Positions 10,147 through 20,519 of a stretch of DNA of 64,000 bases are shown here, piece after piece. The notes below the pieces were generated by a model. It made no database searches and had not been told where the DNA came from. It worked only from the letters and a program-made list of their open reading frames with translations. Numbering within the stretch: the stretch's first letter is position 1; every line of letters starts with the position of its first letter. The DNA lies in assembly GCA_900617105.1 (NCBI GenBank), contig UYFQ01000005.1, forward strand, positions 124,001 through 188,000. Reading direction: 5' to 3'. The DNA comes from Hydrurus foetidus. Lineage: Eukaryota. Position numbers and translations under genes: made by a program.

Positions 10147-11163
10147 GCTGATCTTGCCTTCCATGTACCAGTCCACAATTTTCGGCACATCGGTACGGCC
10201 CCGTGCGCCACCAAAGGCTGAGCCTTCCCATTTGCGGCCTGTGACGAGCTGGAACGGACGGGTGCTGATTTCTGCCCCCGCTTCGGCCACGCCAATGACG
10301 ATGCTGCGGCCCCAGCCTTTGTGGGTGCATTCCAGCGCTTGGCGCATCACCTTGGTGTTGCCGATGCACTCGAAGCTGTAATCCGCACCGCCATCGGTCA
10401 ACTGGACGATCGCATCCACGATGTTGCCGCCTGCGGCTTCAATCGCTTTGGGGTTCAAAAAGTGCGTCATGCCGAACTGGCGGGCCATCGCTTCGCGCTC
10501 GGGATTCAGGTCAACACCGATGATTTTGTCGGCACCCACCATCTTCAGCCCTTGAATCACATTCAGGCCAATACCTCCTAGACCAAACACCACGGCGTTG
10601 GCACCGGCTTCGACTTTGGCCGTAAAAATCACCGCACCGATACCGGTGGTCACGCCGCAACCGATGTAGCACACCTTGTCGAATGGCGCGTCTTTGCGGA
10701 TTTTGGCCAGCGAGATTTCAGGCGCTACGGTGTAGTTGCTGAAAGTGCTGGTGCCCATGTAGTGGAAGATGGGCTTGCCATCGAGGCTGAAGCGGCTGGT
10801 GGCATCGGGCATCAAGCCTTTGCCTTGCGTGCCGCGAATCAGCTGGCAGAGGTTGGTTTTGCGCGAGAGGCAAAACTTGCACTGGCGGCATTCGGGCGTG
10901 TAGAGCGGGATCACATGGTCGCCCTTTTGCAGCGAAGTCACACCAGGGCCCACGTCCACCACAATGCCCGCGCCCTCGTGGCCCAGGATGGCGGGGAAGA
11001 TGCCTTCCGGGTCAGCGCCGCTGAGTGTGTAGTAGTCGGTGTGGCAAATGCCGGTGGCTTTGATCTCCACCAGCACTTCACCAAATTTCGGGCCTTGCAG
11101 GTCTACAGTTTCGATCGTGAGGGGCTCGCCCGCTTTCCAGGCGACAGCAGCTTTGGTTTTCAT
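10045..11163 (-). CDS. frmA: S-(hydroxymethyl)glutathione dehydrogenase / class III alcohol dehydrogenase
   Basis: [31 protein letters not shown]. Confidence 0.97.
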
Positions 11164-12248
11164 GTGTCGTTTGAGATTTTGATGGAAGGGAATTTCGACG
11201 AAAAATCTTTCGCTTTGCTGGCGATTTTGACGGCAACTTGGCGGGCTACCGCCTTGTAAATTTGCGACACACTCCCCTCAGGATCGGCCACCACCGTGGG
11301 TTTACCGCTATCAGCTTGCAAGCGGATGTTGATGTCCAGCGGCAGCGCACCCAGGTAGTCCATGCCGTACTCTGCCGCCATGTTCTTGCCGCCATCCACC
11401 CCAAAAATATGCTCGGTGTGGCCGCACTGGCTGCACACATGGACCGCCATGTTCTCAACAATGCCGAGGATGGGCACGCCCACCTTCTCAAACATTTTGA
11501 TGCCCTTTTTCGCGTCCAGCAGCGCAATGTCTTGCGGCGTGGTGACGATCACAGCGCCAGTCATCGGGACGCGCTGGCTGAGCGTGAGCTGAATGTCACC
11601 GGTGCCGGGGGGCATGTCGATGATGAGGTAGTCCAGATCGCGCCAGTTGGTTTGGCGCAGCAACTGCTCCAGCGCCTGGGTGGCCATCGGGCCGCGCCAG
11701 ATCATGGCGGCGTCTTTTTCCACCAAGAAACCGATGGACATGACCTGCACGCCGTGGTTTTCCAGTGGCTCCATCGTCTTGCCATCGTCGCTGTCAGGAC
11801 GGCCATCTAAACCCATCATCGTGGGCTGGCTGGGGCCGTAAATATCGGCATCAAGCAAACCCACCGACGCACCTTCAGCCGCCAGCGCCAACGCCAGATT
11901 GGCAGCAGTGGTGCTTTTGCCCACACCGCCCTTGCCCGAGGCCACAGCGATGATGTTTTTGACATTGGGCAGCAGCGCCACACCCCGCTGCGCCGCATGG
12001 GAGACGACTTTGCTGCTGAGGTTGACGGACACGTTGCCCACACCGGCCACGGTTTTGGCAGCGGCCACCAGCGCTTCGCGCAAAGCGGGGAACAGACTCT
12101 TGGCGGGGTAGCCGAGCTCCACGTCAAACGACACATCACCCTGGGTGACGATGAGGTTTTTGAGTGCTTTGGTGGTGACGAAATCTTTGCCCGTGTGGGG
12201 GTCAAGGACGGTTTGCAGGGCTTGTAACAATTGATCTGGGGAAGGCAT
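11160..12248 (-). CDS. apbC: Fe-S cluster carrier ATPase Mrp/ApbC
   Basis: [27 protein letters not shown]. Start moved to ATG 12248; stop overlaps the frmA start. Confidence 0.95.
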   Translation of the reverse strand: MPSPDQLLQALQTVLDPHTGKDFVTTKALKNLIVTQGDVSFDVELGYPAKSLFPALREALVAAAKTVAGVGNVSVNLSSKVVSHAAQRGVALLPNVKNIIAVASGKGGVGKSTTAANLALALAAEGASVGLLDADIYGPSQPTMMGLDGRPDSDDGKTMEPLENHGVQVMSIGFLVEKDAAMIWRGPMATQALEQLLRQTNWRDLDYLIIDMPPGTGDIQLTLSQRVPMTGAVIVTTPQDIALLDAKKGIKMFEKVGVPILGIVENMAVHVCSQCGHTEHIFGVDGGKNMAAEYGMDYLGALPLDINIRLQADSGKPTVVADPEGSVSQIYKAVARQVAVKIASKAKDFSSKFPSIKISNDT

Positions 12249-12350
12249 AAAAGGGGTGCTCCGGGTTGGCTTGGAGTGTAGCGAAGCGGGAATATCGAAA
12301 TCCCCCCTGCAATCGGTACTTGACGGAAGGCTTAAGGGAACACTAGCTTT

Positions 12351-12386
12351 GTCAATTGACCCAATCATCCCAATTGGGTCAATTGA
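12351..12386. promoter_or_regulatory. Inverted-repeat operator upstream of the Phd-PIN TA operon
   Basis: TCAATTGACCCAAT-N7-ATTGGGTCAATTGA (perfect 14-bp arms, each containing palindromic TCAATTGA), about 30 bp before the antitoxin ATG. Confidence 0.75.
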
Positions 12387-12418
12387 TAGAATCACCCCAT
12401 TCAACCAGGAACCACACC

Positions 12419-12739
12419 ATGCAAAAAGAAGCCACTGCGATGACCGTGCGCAACAACTTGGGCGCGTTGCTCAACGAGGTGCAGTACCGGCACGACAGCA
12501 TCATCATCACCAAAGCAGGCACACCTGTTGCCGCGATGGTGGACATGGCCACTTACGAGCGGATGCGGCGCAAAGACACGGGTGAGTTTGAGCGCCTGTG
12601 GGCTGAAATTGCCAAAGGCTTCGAAGATTTGAGCGAAGACGAAGCACAGGCTTTGGCAGATCAAGCCTTGCAAGAAGCACGCGATGAAATTACCAAAGAG
12701 AAAAACCGCCAAGCGGCTGAAAAACTGGCTGCCTTATGA
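12419..12739 (+). CDS. Phd/YefM-family antitoxin
   Basis: TAMTVRNNLGALLNEV..IIITKAGTPVAAMV Phd fold. AGGA RBS before ATG 12419. Confidence 0.88.
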   Translation: MQKEATAMTVRNNLGALLNEVQYRHDSIIITKAGTPVAAMVDMATYERMRRKDTGEFERLWAEIAKGFEDLSEDEAQALADQALQEARDEITKEKNRQAAEKLAAL

Positions 12740-13143
12740 GGCTGGCGATTGACAGCAACTTGGTGGTATCCAGCATTTTGATGCCCAAGTCTGTACCCGC
12801 CGCTGTCTTGAGTGCATGGCGCAACAGGGAATTCGCCTGGGTCAGCTGCGACGACCAGCTCCACGAACTGGGTACAGCTTTGACGCGCCCCCACATTTTG
12901 TCCAGGATTGCGCATGGTGCAGTTCCTGTGCAAGCGCTGCTCATGGAAATGCGTGCCGCCTGCGTATGGGCGACCCTTGAACGACCACTTACTGCTGTCT
13001 GCCGAGACCCCAGAGACGATTATTTGTTCGCGCTGCGTGACCAAGGTCATGTCAGCATGATCGTTTCTGGCGACAAAGATGTCTTGGCTTTGAAAGGCCG
13101 CTACCCCATATTAACCGCCCGTGAATTGATAGACAGGCTTTGA
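12736..13143 (+). CDS. PIN-domain toxin (VapC-like, PIN_3 type)
   Basis: [29 protein letters not shown] acidic PIN motifs. ATGA overlap with the antitoxin. Confidence 0.9.
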   Translation: MRLAIDSNLVVSSILMPKSVPAAVLSAWRNREFAWVSCDDQLHELGTALTRPHILSRIAHGAVPVQALLMEMRAACVWATLERPLTAVCRDPRDDYLFALRDQGHVSMIVSGDKDVLALKGRYPILTARELIDRL

Positions 13144-13145
13144 AA

Positions 13146-15251
13146 ATGACCATCACCACATCCCCCCGCAAACTCTTCGTCACCACCGCCCTCCCCTACG
13201 CCAACGGTAACTTCCACATCGGTCACATCATGGAGTACATCCAGGCCGATATTTGGGTGCGCGTTCAACGCATGCAGGGCCACAGCGTGAACTTCGTCGG
13301 GGCGGACGACACCCACGGTGCGCCCATCATGATTGCCGCCGAAAAAGCAGGCAAGACACCGCAGCAGTTCGTGGCCGATATCGCTGCCGGACGCAAGCCC
13401 TATCTGGAAGGCTTTCACATCGCGTTTGACAACTGGCACAGCACCGACGCGCCTGAAAACCACGCGATGGCGCAACAAATTTACCGTGACCTGAAAGCCA
13501 ATGGCCTGATCGCCAGCAAGGTGATCGAGCAGTTCTTTGACCCTGAAAAGAACATGTTCTTGCCTGACCGCTTCATCAAAGGCGAATGCCCCAAGTGCCA
13601 CAGCCTTGACCAGTACGGCGACAACTGCGAAAACTGCGGCGCGGTGTACGCCCCCACGGACTTGATCAACCCCTTCTCTGCGCTGAGCGGGGCTAAGCCG
13701 GTACTCAAGTCTTCCGAACACCTTTTTTTCACCCTGTCTGACCCGCGCTGCGTGGAATTTTTGGAGCGTTGGACGCAAGACGGCAAGCTGCAACCCGAGG
13801 TGGCGAACAAGGTCAAAGAATGGTTCTCCGTGCGTACCAACCCCGACGGCACGACGAGCGAAGGCTTGGGCGACTGGGATATCAGCCGCGATGCGCCCTA
13901 CTTCGGCATTGAAATCCCCGATGCCCCAGGCAAATACTTCTACGTCTGGCTGGACGCCCCCGTGGGCTACCTCGCCTCGCTGCAAAATTTGCTGAACAAG
14001 CGCGGCGAAGACTACGACGCCTACATGGCCGACCCGGCACTGGAGCAGTACCACTTCATCGGCAAAGACATCGTCACCTTCCACACCTTGTTTTGGCCTG
14101 CGATGCTGCATTTCAGTGGCCGCAAGACACCTACCTCGGTGTTTGTGCATGGCTTTTTGACCGTCAACAACGGTGAAAAGATGAGCAAGAGCCGGGGCAC
14201 TGGGTTGGATCCGCTCAAATACCTGAGCCTGGGCATGAACCCCGAGTGGCTGCGCTACTACATCGCCGCCAAGCTGAATGGCCGCAACGAAGACATCGAC
14301 TTCAACCCCGATGATTTTCTGGCGCGAGTGAACAGCGATCTGGTGGGCAAGTACATCAACATCGCTTCGCGGGCTGCGGGCTTCATCGCCAAACGCTTTG
14401 CTGGAAAATTAGGTGCCTTATCGGACTCTGGCGCTGAATTGGTCAGCGTACTCAGCTCACAAAATGAGAGCATTCAGCAGCTCTACAACGACCGCGACTA
14501 CGGCAAAGCCCTGCGTGAAGTCATGCTCTTTGCCGACCGTGTGAACGCGTACGTTGACCAAAACAAACCCTGGGACATCGCCAAGCAGCCGGGGCAAGAC
14601 GAGCGCCTGCAAGACGTATGCAGCACCTGCATCGAAGCCTTCCGCCTGCTCACCGCCTACCTCAAGCCGGTGCTGCCAGCATTGGCCGGCCAGGTGGAGG
14701 CGTTCTTGCAGTGCGCGCCACTGGACTTTGCGAACGCCACCACGCCTTTGGGCGCAGGCCACACCATCGGTGACTACAAGCACCTGATGCAACGGGTTGA
14801 CCCCAAAGTGCTTGAGGCTTTGTTTGAAGTACCAGAACCGGCTTCACCGCTTGCTTTATCTGCGCTAGAAGCTATAGAAAACGTAGCACCCGGCGGCGAA
14901 GCCATCGCCCCCACCATCGGCATCGACGACTTCGCCAAAATCGACCTGCGCATCGCCAAAATCGTCAACTGCGAGGCAGTGGCGGGCAGCACCAAGCTGC
15001 TTCGTCTGACGCTGGACGTGGGTGAAGCCCAGCACCGCAACGTCTTCAGCGGCATCGCCAGCGCCTACAAGCCCGAAGACCTCATTGGCCAGCTCACCGT
15101 GATGGTGGCGAATTTGGCCCCACGCAAGATGAAGTTTGGCGTGTCCGAGGGCATGGTGCTGGCAGGCAGCCACGGGGATGAGAAAACCAACCCTGGCATC
15201 TACGTGCTGACACCATGGCCGGGTGCTGTACCTGGCATGCGGGTGCGTTAA
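13146..15251 (+). CDS. metG: Methionine--tRNA ligase with C-terminal tRNA-binding domain
   Basis: [12 protein letters not shown] (HIGH), KMSKS, zinc knuckle, C-terminal [25 protein letters not shown]. Confidence 0.98.
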   Translation: MTITTSPRKLFVTTALPYANGNFHIGHIMEYIQADIWVRVQRMQGHSVNFVGADDTHGAPIMIAAEKAGKTPQQFVADIAAGRKPYLEGFHIAFDNWHSTDAPENHAMAQQIYRDLKANGLIASKVIEQFFDPEKNMFLPDRFIKGECPKCHSLDQYGDNCENCGAVYAPTDLINPFSALSGAKPVLKSSEHLFFTLSDPRCVEFLERWTQDGKLQPEVANKVKEWFSVRTNPDGTTSEGLGDWDISRDAPYFGIEIPDAPGKYFYVWLDAPVGYLASLQNLLNKRGEDYDAYMADPALEQYHFIGKDIVTFHTLFWPAMLHFSGRKTPTSVFVHGFLTVNNGEKMSKSRGTGLDPLKYLSLGMNPEWLRYYIAAKLNGRNEDIDFNPDDFLARVNSDLVGKYINIASRAAGFIAKRFAGKLGALSDSGAELVSVLSSQNESIQQLYNDRDYGKALREVMLFADRVNAYVDQNKPWDIAKQPGQDERLQDVCSTCIEAFRLLTAYLKPVLPALAGQVEAFLQCAPLDFANATTPLGAGHTIGDYKHLMQRVDPKVLEALFEVPEPASPLALSALEAIENVAPGGEAIAPTIGIDDFAKIDLRIAKIVNCEAVAGSTKLLRLTLDVGEAQHRNVFSGIASAYKPEDLIGQLTVMVANLAPRKMKFGVSEGMVLAGSHGDEKTNPGIYVLTPWPGAVPGMRVR
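14424..14472 (-). repeat. Dispersed motif copy (in metG)
   Basis: TGCTCTCATTTTGTG AGC TGAGTAC GC TGACCAATTCA GC GCCAG AGTC. Confidence 0.75.
14840..14888 (-). repeat. Dispersed motif copy (metG linker)
   Basis: TGCTACGTTTTCTAT AGC TTCTAGC GC AGATAAAGCAA GC GGTGA AGCC. Confidence 0.85.
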
Positions 15252-15302
15252 CCCGTCCACCTTGAACCTTTTTCAGATCTGAATGTTGCTCACCGTCGCG
15301 CC

Positions 15303-16049
15303 ATGTTTCCCTTGATTCACGGCTGGGTCGATGTTCAACGTACCCAGCGGGCCAACACACGCCTGGGCGCGACACTTTGCTTTGTGGCGGGTGCTGCCAA
15401 CGCAGGCGGATTTTTGGCCGTTGGGCAGTACACCTCGCACATGACGGGCGTGGTGTCGTCCATCGCCGACCACATCGTGCTGGGCAACGTGACGCTGGCG
15501 CTGGCCGGCTTGGGCACTTTGGTGGCTTTTTTGCTGGGGGCGATGACCACGGCATGGCTGGTGAACTGGGGCTTGCGCCACCACCTGCACAGCAGCTACG
15601 GCCTGCCCTTGTTACTAGAAGCGGTAGCCCTTCTGGCGTTTGGCCTCTTTGGTGCCGCCATCAAGCTGTTTGCGCTGGTTTTTTTACCCCTCACGGTGCT
15701 GGTGCTGTGCTTCATCATGGGGCTGCAAAACGCGGTTATCACCAAAATTTCGAAAGCCGAAATCCGCACCACCCATGTCACGGGGCTGGTGACGGATTTG
15801 GGCATTGAACTGGGCCGTTTGCTCTACATCAACCGCTCAGGGCTGGGTGACAAAGTATTTGCTCGCCGCGACAAACTGCGGATTCAAAGCCTGCTGATCG
15901 CCAGCTTTTTTACGGGTGGTGTGGTGGGCGCACTGGGGTTCAAGCACCTGGGGTACATCTCGGCACTGCCGCTGGCGTTGGTATTGCTGGTGCTGGTCGC
16001 ACGGTCTGTGCTGGAAGATGTGCGGCAGTGGCTCCACGGGCTATCGTGA
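15303..16049 (+). CDS. YoaK / DUF1275 membrane protein
   Basis: FVAGAANA, YTSHMTG, MGLQNA, RTTHVTG motifs. Confidence 0.88.
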   Translation: MFPLIHGWVDVQRTQRANTRLGATLCFVAGAANAGGFLAVGQYTSHMTGVVSSIADHIVLGNVTLALAGLGTLVAFLLGAMTTAWLVNWGLRHHLHSSYGLPLLLEAVALLAFGLFGAAIKLFALVFLPLTVLVLCFIMGLQNAVITKISKAEIRTTHVTGLVTDLGIELGRLLYINRSGLGDKVFARRDKLRIQSLLIASFFTGGVVGALGFKHLGYISALPLALVLLVLVARSVLEDVRQWLHGLS

Positions 16050-16105
16050 TGCGGTCATAAAAACTGTTGAATTACAATTGCATTACATTTTTTGGAGCTC
16101 GCCTT

Positions 16106-16387
16106 ATGAAAACCGCAACCCTCCCCGCCGTGCGCGTCCAGCCTGAAATGCGCGCTCTTGCCGAATCGGTGTTGAACGAAGGCGAATCGCTGTCGATGTT
16201 CATTGAAGACAGCCTGAAAAAGCAAATCGCCTTTCGCCAAAGCGAGCGGGACTTCATCGCACGCGGCATGGCCTCTGCGGCGCGGGCCAAGGAGACGGGG
16301 ATTTACTTCACCGCAGAAGAAAGCCTAGGTCGTCTGCGTGCCATGCTGGAAGCCAAGAAGTTGGAACTCAAGCAAAAAGCGGCTTGA
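16106..16387 (+). CDS. YlcI/YnfO-like antitoxin
   Basis: MKTATLPAVRV..AESVLNEGESLSMFIE..DFIARG; GGAG RBS; directly upstream of a RelE/ParE gene. Confidence 0.8.
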   Translation: MKTATLPAVRVQPEMRALAESVLNEGESLSMFIEDSLKKQIAFRQSERDFIARGMASAARAKETGIYFTAEESLGRLRAMLEAKKLELKQKAA

Positions 16388-16393
16388 CACTTT

Positions 16394-16702
16394 ATGAAGC
16401 ACTACAAAGTACAGCTCTCACCCGATGCGCAAGACGATTTGGAACGGCTGTATGACTTCTTGCTGGGAATGGAGGAAACGGTAGCGCTACGGGCGATGGA
16501 CGCTATTGAATCGAGCTACCGACACCTAGAGCGCGCCCCGTTCAGTTGCCGCAAAGCCGCCGACGGTGAATTGGGTTCACGCTGGCGTGAGCTGCTCATC
16601 AACTTCGGCGCTTCAGGCTACGTGGCACTGTTTGAGATTGAAAACGACACCACCGTGACGATCACAGCAGTGCGGCACCAGCGCGAGAGTGATTACCACT
16701 GA
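16394..16702 (+). CDS. RelE/ParE-family toxin
   Basis: YKVQLSPDAQDDLERLYDFL..RELLINFGASGYVALFEI..AVRHQRE. Confidence 0.88.
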   Translation: MKHYKVQLSPDAQDDLERLYDFLLGMEETVALRAMDAIESSYRHLERAPFSCRKAADGELGSRWRELLINFGASGYVALFEIENDTTVTITAVRHQRESDYH

Positions 16703-16709
16703 GCCGAAA

Positions 16710-17282
16710 CTACGCTCTCGGCAGTGTCACACCAACCTGACCTTGGTACTTGCCACCCCGGTCTTTGTACGACACCTCGCACACATCATCCGGGTCGCTC
16801 TCGAAAAACAGCACTTGGGCACAACCCTCACCAGCGTAGATTTTAGCGGGCAGGGGTGTGGTGTTAGAGAACTCCAGCGTCACGTAGCCTTCCCATTCGG
16901 GCTCAAAGGGTGTCACGTTGACGATGATGCCGCAGCGGGCGTAGGTGCTTTTACCCAGGCAAATCGTCAGCACATTGCGTGGAATACGGAAGTACTCCAG
17001 CGTGCGGGCCAGAGCGAAACTGTTGGGCGGAATGATGCAGCTGTCGCCTGAAAAATCGACAAAGCTTTTTTCATCAAAGTTCTTCGGGTCCACCACGGTG
17101 CTGTGGATGTTGGTGAAGACTTTGAATTCTGGCGCACAGCGGATGTCGTAGCCATAGCTGCTGGTGCCGTAAGAGATGATTTTGTTCCCATCGCGCTGCC
17201 GAATTTGGCCAGGCTCGAAGGGTTCAATCATGCCGGTTTGTTCGGCCATGCGCCGAATCCATTTGTCGCTTTTGATACTCAT
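16710..17282 (-). CDS. dcd: dCTP deaminase
   Basis: [34 protein letters not shown]. Start moved to 17282. Confidence 0.97.
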   Translation of the reverse strand: MSIKSDKWIRRMAEQTGMIEPFEPGQIRQRDGNKIISYGTSSYGYDIRCAPEFKVFTNIHSTVVDPKNFDEKSFVDFSGDSCIIPPNSFALARTLEYFRIPRNVLTICLGKSTYARCGIIVNVTPFEPEWEGYVTLEFSNTTPLPAKIYAGEGCAQVLFFESDPDDVCEVSYKDRGGKYQGQVGVTLPRA

Positions 17283-17373
17283 AGAAGCGATTGTAGGCAA
17301 GCAGACTTCAAGATGATGACAAAGACTATGCAGGGACACGCATCAGCCTTACCTGAACGCCATCGCATCACAT

Positions 17374-17399
17374 GAACTTTCAGTAATTACTGAAAGTTC
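17374..17399. promoter_or_regulatory. Perfect 26-bp palindromic operator upstream of the GbsR-type regulator/cydAB
   Basis: GAACTTTCAGTAA|TTACTGAAAGTTC, 26 bp before ATG 17426. Confidence 0.8.
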
Positions 17400-17425
17400 G
17401 TGTAATTCTTGCTAGAATTTGACCT

Positions 17426-18046
17426 ATGTCATTGCAAGATCATCTCCCCCCTCTCAACCGCGAGTTCGTCGCCCACTTTGGTGAAATGGGCAGCCGTTGG
17501 GGCATCAACCGCACTGTCGGCCAGATTTACGCACTGATCTTCATCTCGCAGCGCGGCCTTCATGCCGATGAAATTGCCGAAACACTGGAGTTTTCGCGCT
17601 CCAACGTCAGCATGGGCTTGAAAGAGCTGCAAGCGTGGCGCTTGGTGCGCCTGCGCCACCAACCCGGCGACCGGCGCGAGTACTTTGAAGCGCCAGGGGA
17701 TGTGTGGGAAATATTTCGGGTGCTGGCCGAAGAGCGCCGCCGCCGCGAGGTGGAGCCTACCTTGTCCATGCTGCGCACCGCACTGCTGGAACAACCCGCC
17801 ACCGAGGCAGAGATCTTCGCCCAGGGCCGCATGCGCGAGATGCACGATCTGATTGACCGGCTGATGACGTGGTTTGACGATGTGCAAAAGCTCGCCCCCG
17901 AAACGGCCAAGCAGCTCATGGGCATGGGCACCAAAGTCACGAAAGTGCTGGAATTCAAAGACCGTTTAAAAGGTCAGCTGTCCGGCAAAGCGCCATCCCG
18001 CGCGGTAAGTAAAGACACCAACAGCGCAGACCAGCGCTTAGGCTAG
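17426..18046 (+). CDS. GbsR/MarR-family regulator of the cytochrome bd operon (CydE-like)
   Basis: FGEMGSRWGINRTVGQIYAL..SRSNVSMGLKELQAW; first gene of the cydAB operon. Confidence 0.88.
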   Translation: MSLQDHLPPLNREFVAHFGEMGSRWGINRTVGQIYALIFISQRGLHADEIAETLEFSRSNVSMGLKELQAWRLVRLRHQPGDRREYFEAPGDVWEIFRVLAEERRRREVEPTLSMLRTALLEQPATEAEIFAQGRMREMHDLIDRLMTWFDDVQKLAPETAKQLMGMGTKVTKVLEFKDRLKGQLSGKAPSRAVSKDTNSADQRLG

Positions 18047-18069
18047 TCACAGACCTGGAGCCATCCACC

Positions 18070-19461
18070 ATGGATACTTTGATGCTGTCGCGCTTGCAGT
18101 TTGCAGCCAACATCAGCTTTCACATCCTCTTCCCCACCATCACGATTGCCTTGTGCTGGTTTTTGCTGTTCTTTAGGGTGCGCTTCGTGCAGACGAAAGA
18201 CCCGGCGTGGGACGAAGCCCATTATTTTTGGACCAAAGTCTTCGCGCTGACCTTTGCACTGGGCGTGGTGTCAGGCATCGTGATGAGCTTTCAGTTCGGC
18301 ACCAACTGGCCGGGCTTCATGCAAAAGACGGGCAATATCTCGGGGCCGCTGCTGGGCTACGAAGTGCTGACCGCGTTCTTTTTAGAAGCCACCTTCCTGG
18401 GCATCATGCTGTTTGGCAGAGGGCGGGTGTCTGAACGGGTGCATGTGGTGGCAACGGCGTTGGTCACGTTGGGCACCACCATGTCGGCGTTTTGGATCTT
18501 GAGTTTGAACTCGTGGATGCAAACCCCCGCAGGCTATGAGATCGCCTTTGGCAAGTTTTACGCCAAAGACTGGCTGGAAGTGGTGTTCAACCCTTCTTTC
18601 CCCTACCGATTCGCGCATGTACTTATTGCATCTACGCTGACTGCTTCTTTTTTAATAGCAGGTTTGTCCGCATGGCAGTTGCTGAAAAACAGCGCCACCG
18701 CTGGTACGCACAAGGCGATGCGCACCGCCCTCATTGCGGCAGCCATTGCGATGCCTTTGCAGTTTTTGGTGGGCGATGCACATGGCCTGAACACCTTGCA
18801 CCACCAGCCCGCCAAGATCGCCGCCATTGAAGGCATCTGGCACACCGAAAAGGGCGCACCGCTGACGCTGTTTGGTTGGCCTGACGAAAAACAAGGCAAA
18901 ACGCTGTACGCGGTGCAAATCCCCAAGCTGGCCAGCCTGATTTTGGCGCACGACATTGACGCGGAACTCAAAGGTTTGAATGAGTTTGAGGGCAAGCACC
19001 CACCCGTCGCCCCGGTGTTCTGGGCCTTCCGCGTGATGGTGGGTGTGGGCAGCTTGATGCTGGCGGTGGCGTGGTTCAGCGTGCTGATGCTGTGGCGCAG
19101 CCGGGGCACGCAGCGCTCAGGAGTCAGTGTGGTCAGTCTGCCCAAACCACTGCTCATCGTGCTGTCGTGCATGACGTTTGCAGGCTGGGTGGCCACCTTG
19201 GCGGGCTGGTACGTGACGGAAATTGGCCGTCAGCCGTTCATTGTTTACGGCTTGGTTCGCACGAGTGAGGTCGTAGCGCAAACCGCACCGCCCCTGGTGG
19301 CTATCACGCTGGCGGCCTATGTGATCGTCTACGGGCTGCTGCTGGTGACGTATGCCGGGGTGCTGAAGTACATGGCGGAGAACCCGCACAAACATGCACC
19401 GCATGGCGCGGAAACACCCCATGCCGTGGTGGGCGTACACACCCCCGTCATCGTCCATTAA
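18070..19461 (+). CDS. cydA: Cytochrome bd ubiquinol oxidase subunit I (short Q-loop, CioA-like)
   Basis: SRLQFA..FHILFP, FQFGTNW, NSWMQTP, QPAKIAAIEG, EIGRQP. Confidence 0.96.
   Translation: MDTLMLSRLQFAANISFHILFPTITIALCWFLLFFRVRFVQTKDPAWDEAHYFWTKVFALTFALGVVSGIVMSFQFGTNWPGFMQKTGNISGPLLGYEVLTAFFLEATFLGIMLFGRGRVSERVHVVATALVTLGTTMSAFWILSLNSWMQTPAGYEIAFGKFYAKDWLEVVFNPSFPYRFAHVLIASTLTASFLIAGLSAWQLLKNSATAGTHKAMRTALIAAAIAMPLQFLVGDAHGLNTLHHQPAKIAAIEGIWHTEKGAPLTLFGWPDEKQGKTLYAVQIPKLASLILAHDIDAELKGLNEFEGKHPPVAPVFWAFRVMVGVGSLMLAVAWFSVLMLWRSRGTQRSGVSVVSLPKPLLIVLSCMTFAGWVATLAGWYVTEIGRQPFIVYGLVRTSEVVAQTAPPLVAITLAAYVIVYGLLLVTYAGVLKYMAENPHKHAPHGAETPHAVVGVHTPVIVH
18612..18660 (-). repeat. Dispersed motif copy (in cydA)
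   Basis: TGCTATTAAAAAAGA AGC AGTCAGC GT AGATGCAATAA GT. Confidence 0.65.
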
Positions 19462-19472
19462 AAGGAACAACC

Positions 19473-20495
19473 ATGAACACGATGCCTTGGAACATGCCGT
19501 GGAGCACCCTGTTGCCGCTGATTTTTTTGGCGGTGATGGGCCTCGCCCTGCTGGCCTATGTGATTTTGGACGGCTTTGATTTAGGCCTGGGCCTGCTGTT
19601 GCCCATCGCCACAGACGACCAAAAAGACGTGATGATCGCCAGCATTGGCCCCTTTTGGGATGCGAACGAGACCTGGCTGGTGCTGGGCGTGGGCGTGCTG
19701 CTTGTAGCCTTCCCCATGGCGCATGGCATCGTGCTGCAAGCGCTGTATTTGCCAGTGGCGGTGATGCTGATTGGGCTGATTTTGCGCGGTGTGTCGTTTG
19801 ACTTTCGCGTCAAGGCACCCGTGCAATACAAGTCCTTTTGGAACCGTGCCTTCTTCGCAGGTTCGCTCTTGGCCAGTGTGGCGCAGGGCTGGATGCTGGG
19901 CAGCTACATCACTGGATTTGACAACGGTTGGCTGGGTTTGACCTTCAGTCTGGGCATCGCACTGACACTGCCAGCCGCCTATGTGCTGTTGGGTGCTGGC
20001 TGGCTCATCATGAAGACCGATGGCCCGCTGCAAGACTTGGCCATTACCAGCGCACGCCGCGTGCTGTGGCCTATGGGTATCGCGCTGATGGCTATTTCTG
20101 CGGCCACGCCACTGGTCAACCCTGACGTGGTGGCCAAATGGTTCTCACTGCCCGCCATATTCTGGCTGATGCCGATTCCGCTGACCTGCTTGGTGGCCTT
20201 CTTTGCCCTGCGCCGGGTGCTGCTGCGCCCTGATTTGGTGAAAGCAGGCCAAGGCTGGGTGGTGTTTGGAGCCACGGTGGTGATCTTCATCATGGCGTTT
20301 TGCGGGCTGTCGTACAGCATCTACCCGGACATCGTGATTGGCCGCATGACGGTGTGGGATGCCGCCATTTCCACCGAAGCGCTGAACGTGATTTTTGTGG
20401 GTGTAGCGATCACGCTGCCCGTCATCATCGTGTACACGGTGTTCATGTACCGGGTGTTTTGGGGCAAGGCGCGGGAATTGAACTACGGGGCTTGA
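19473..20495 (+). CDS. cydB: Cytochrome bd ubiquinol oxidase subunit II
   Basis: ILDGFDLG, IGPFWDANETWLV, ILRGVSFDFR. Confidence 0.96.
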   Translation: MNTMPWNMPWSTLLPLIFLAVMGLALLAYVILDGFDLGLGLLLPIATDDQKDVMIASIGPFWDANETWLVLGVGVLLVAFPMAHGIVLQALYLPVAVMLIGLILRGVSFDFRVKAPVQYKSFWNRAFFAGSLLASVAQGWMLGSYITGFDNGWLGLTFSLGIALTLPAAYVLLGAGWLIMKTDGPLQDLAITSARRVLWPMGIALMAISAATPLVNPDVVAKWFSLPAIFWLMPIPLTCLVAFFALRRVLLRPDLVKAGQGWVVFGATVVIFIMAFCGLSYSIYPDIVIGRMTVWDAAISTEALNVIFVGVAITLPVIIVYTVFMYRVFWGKARELNYGA

Positions 20496-20519
20496 TACAA
20501 AGGGGAAGGCCCAGCGCCG

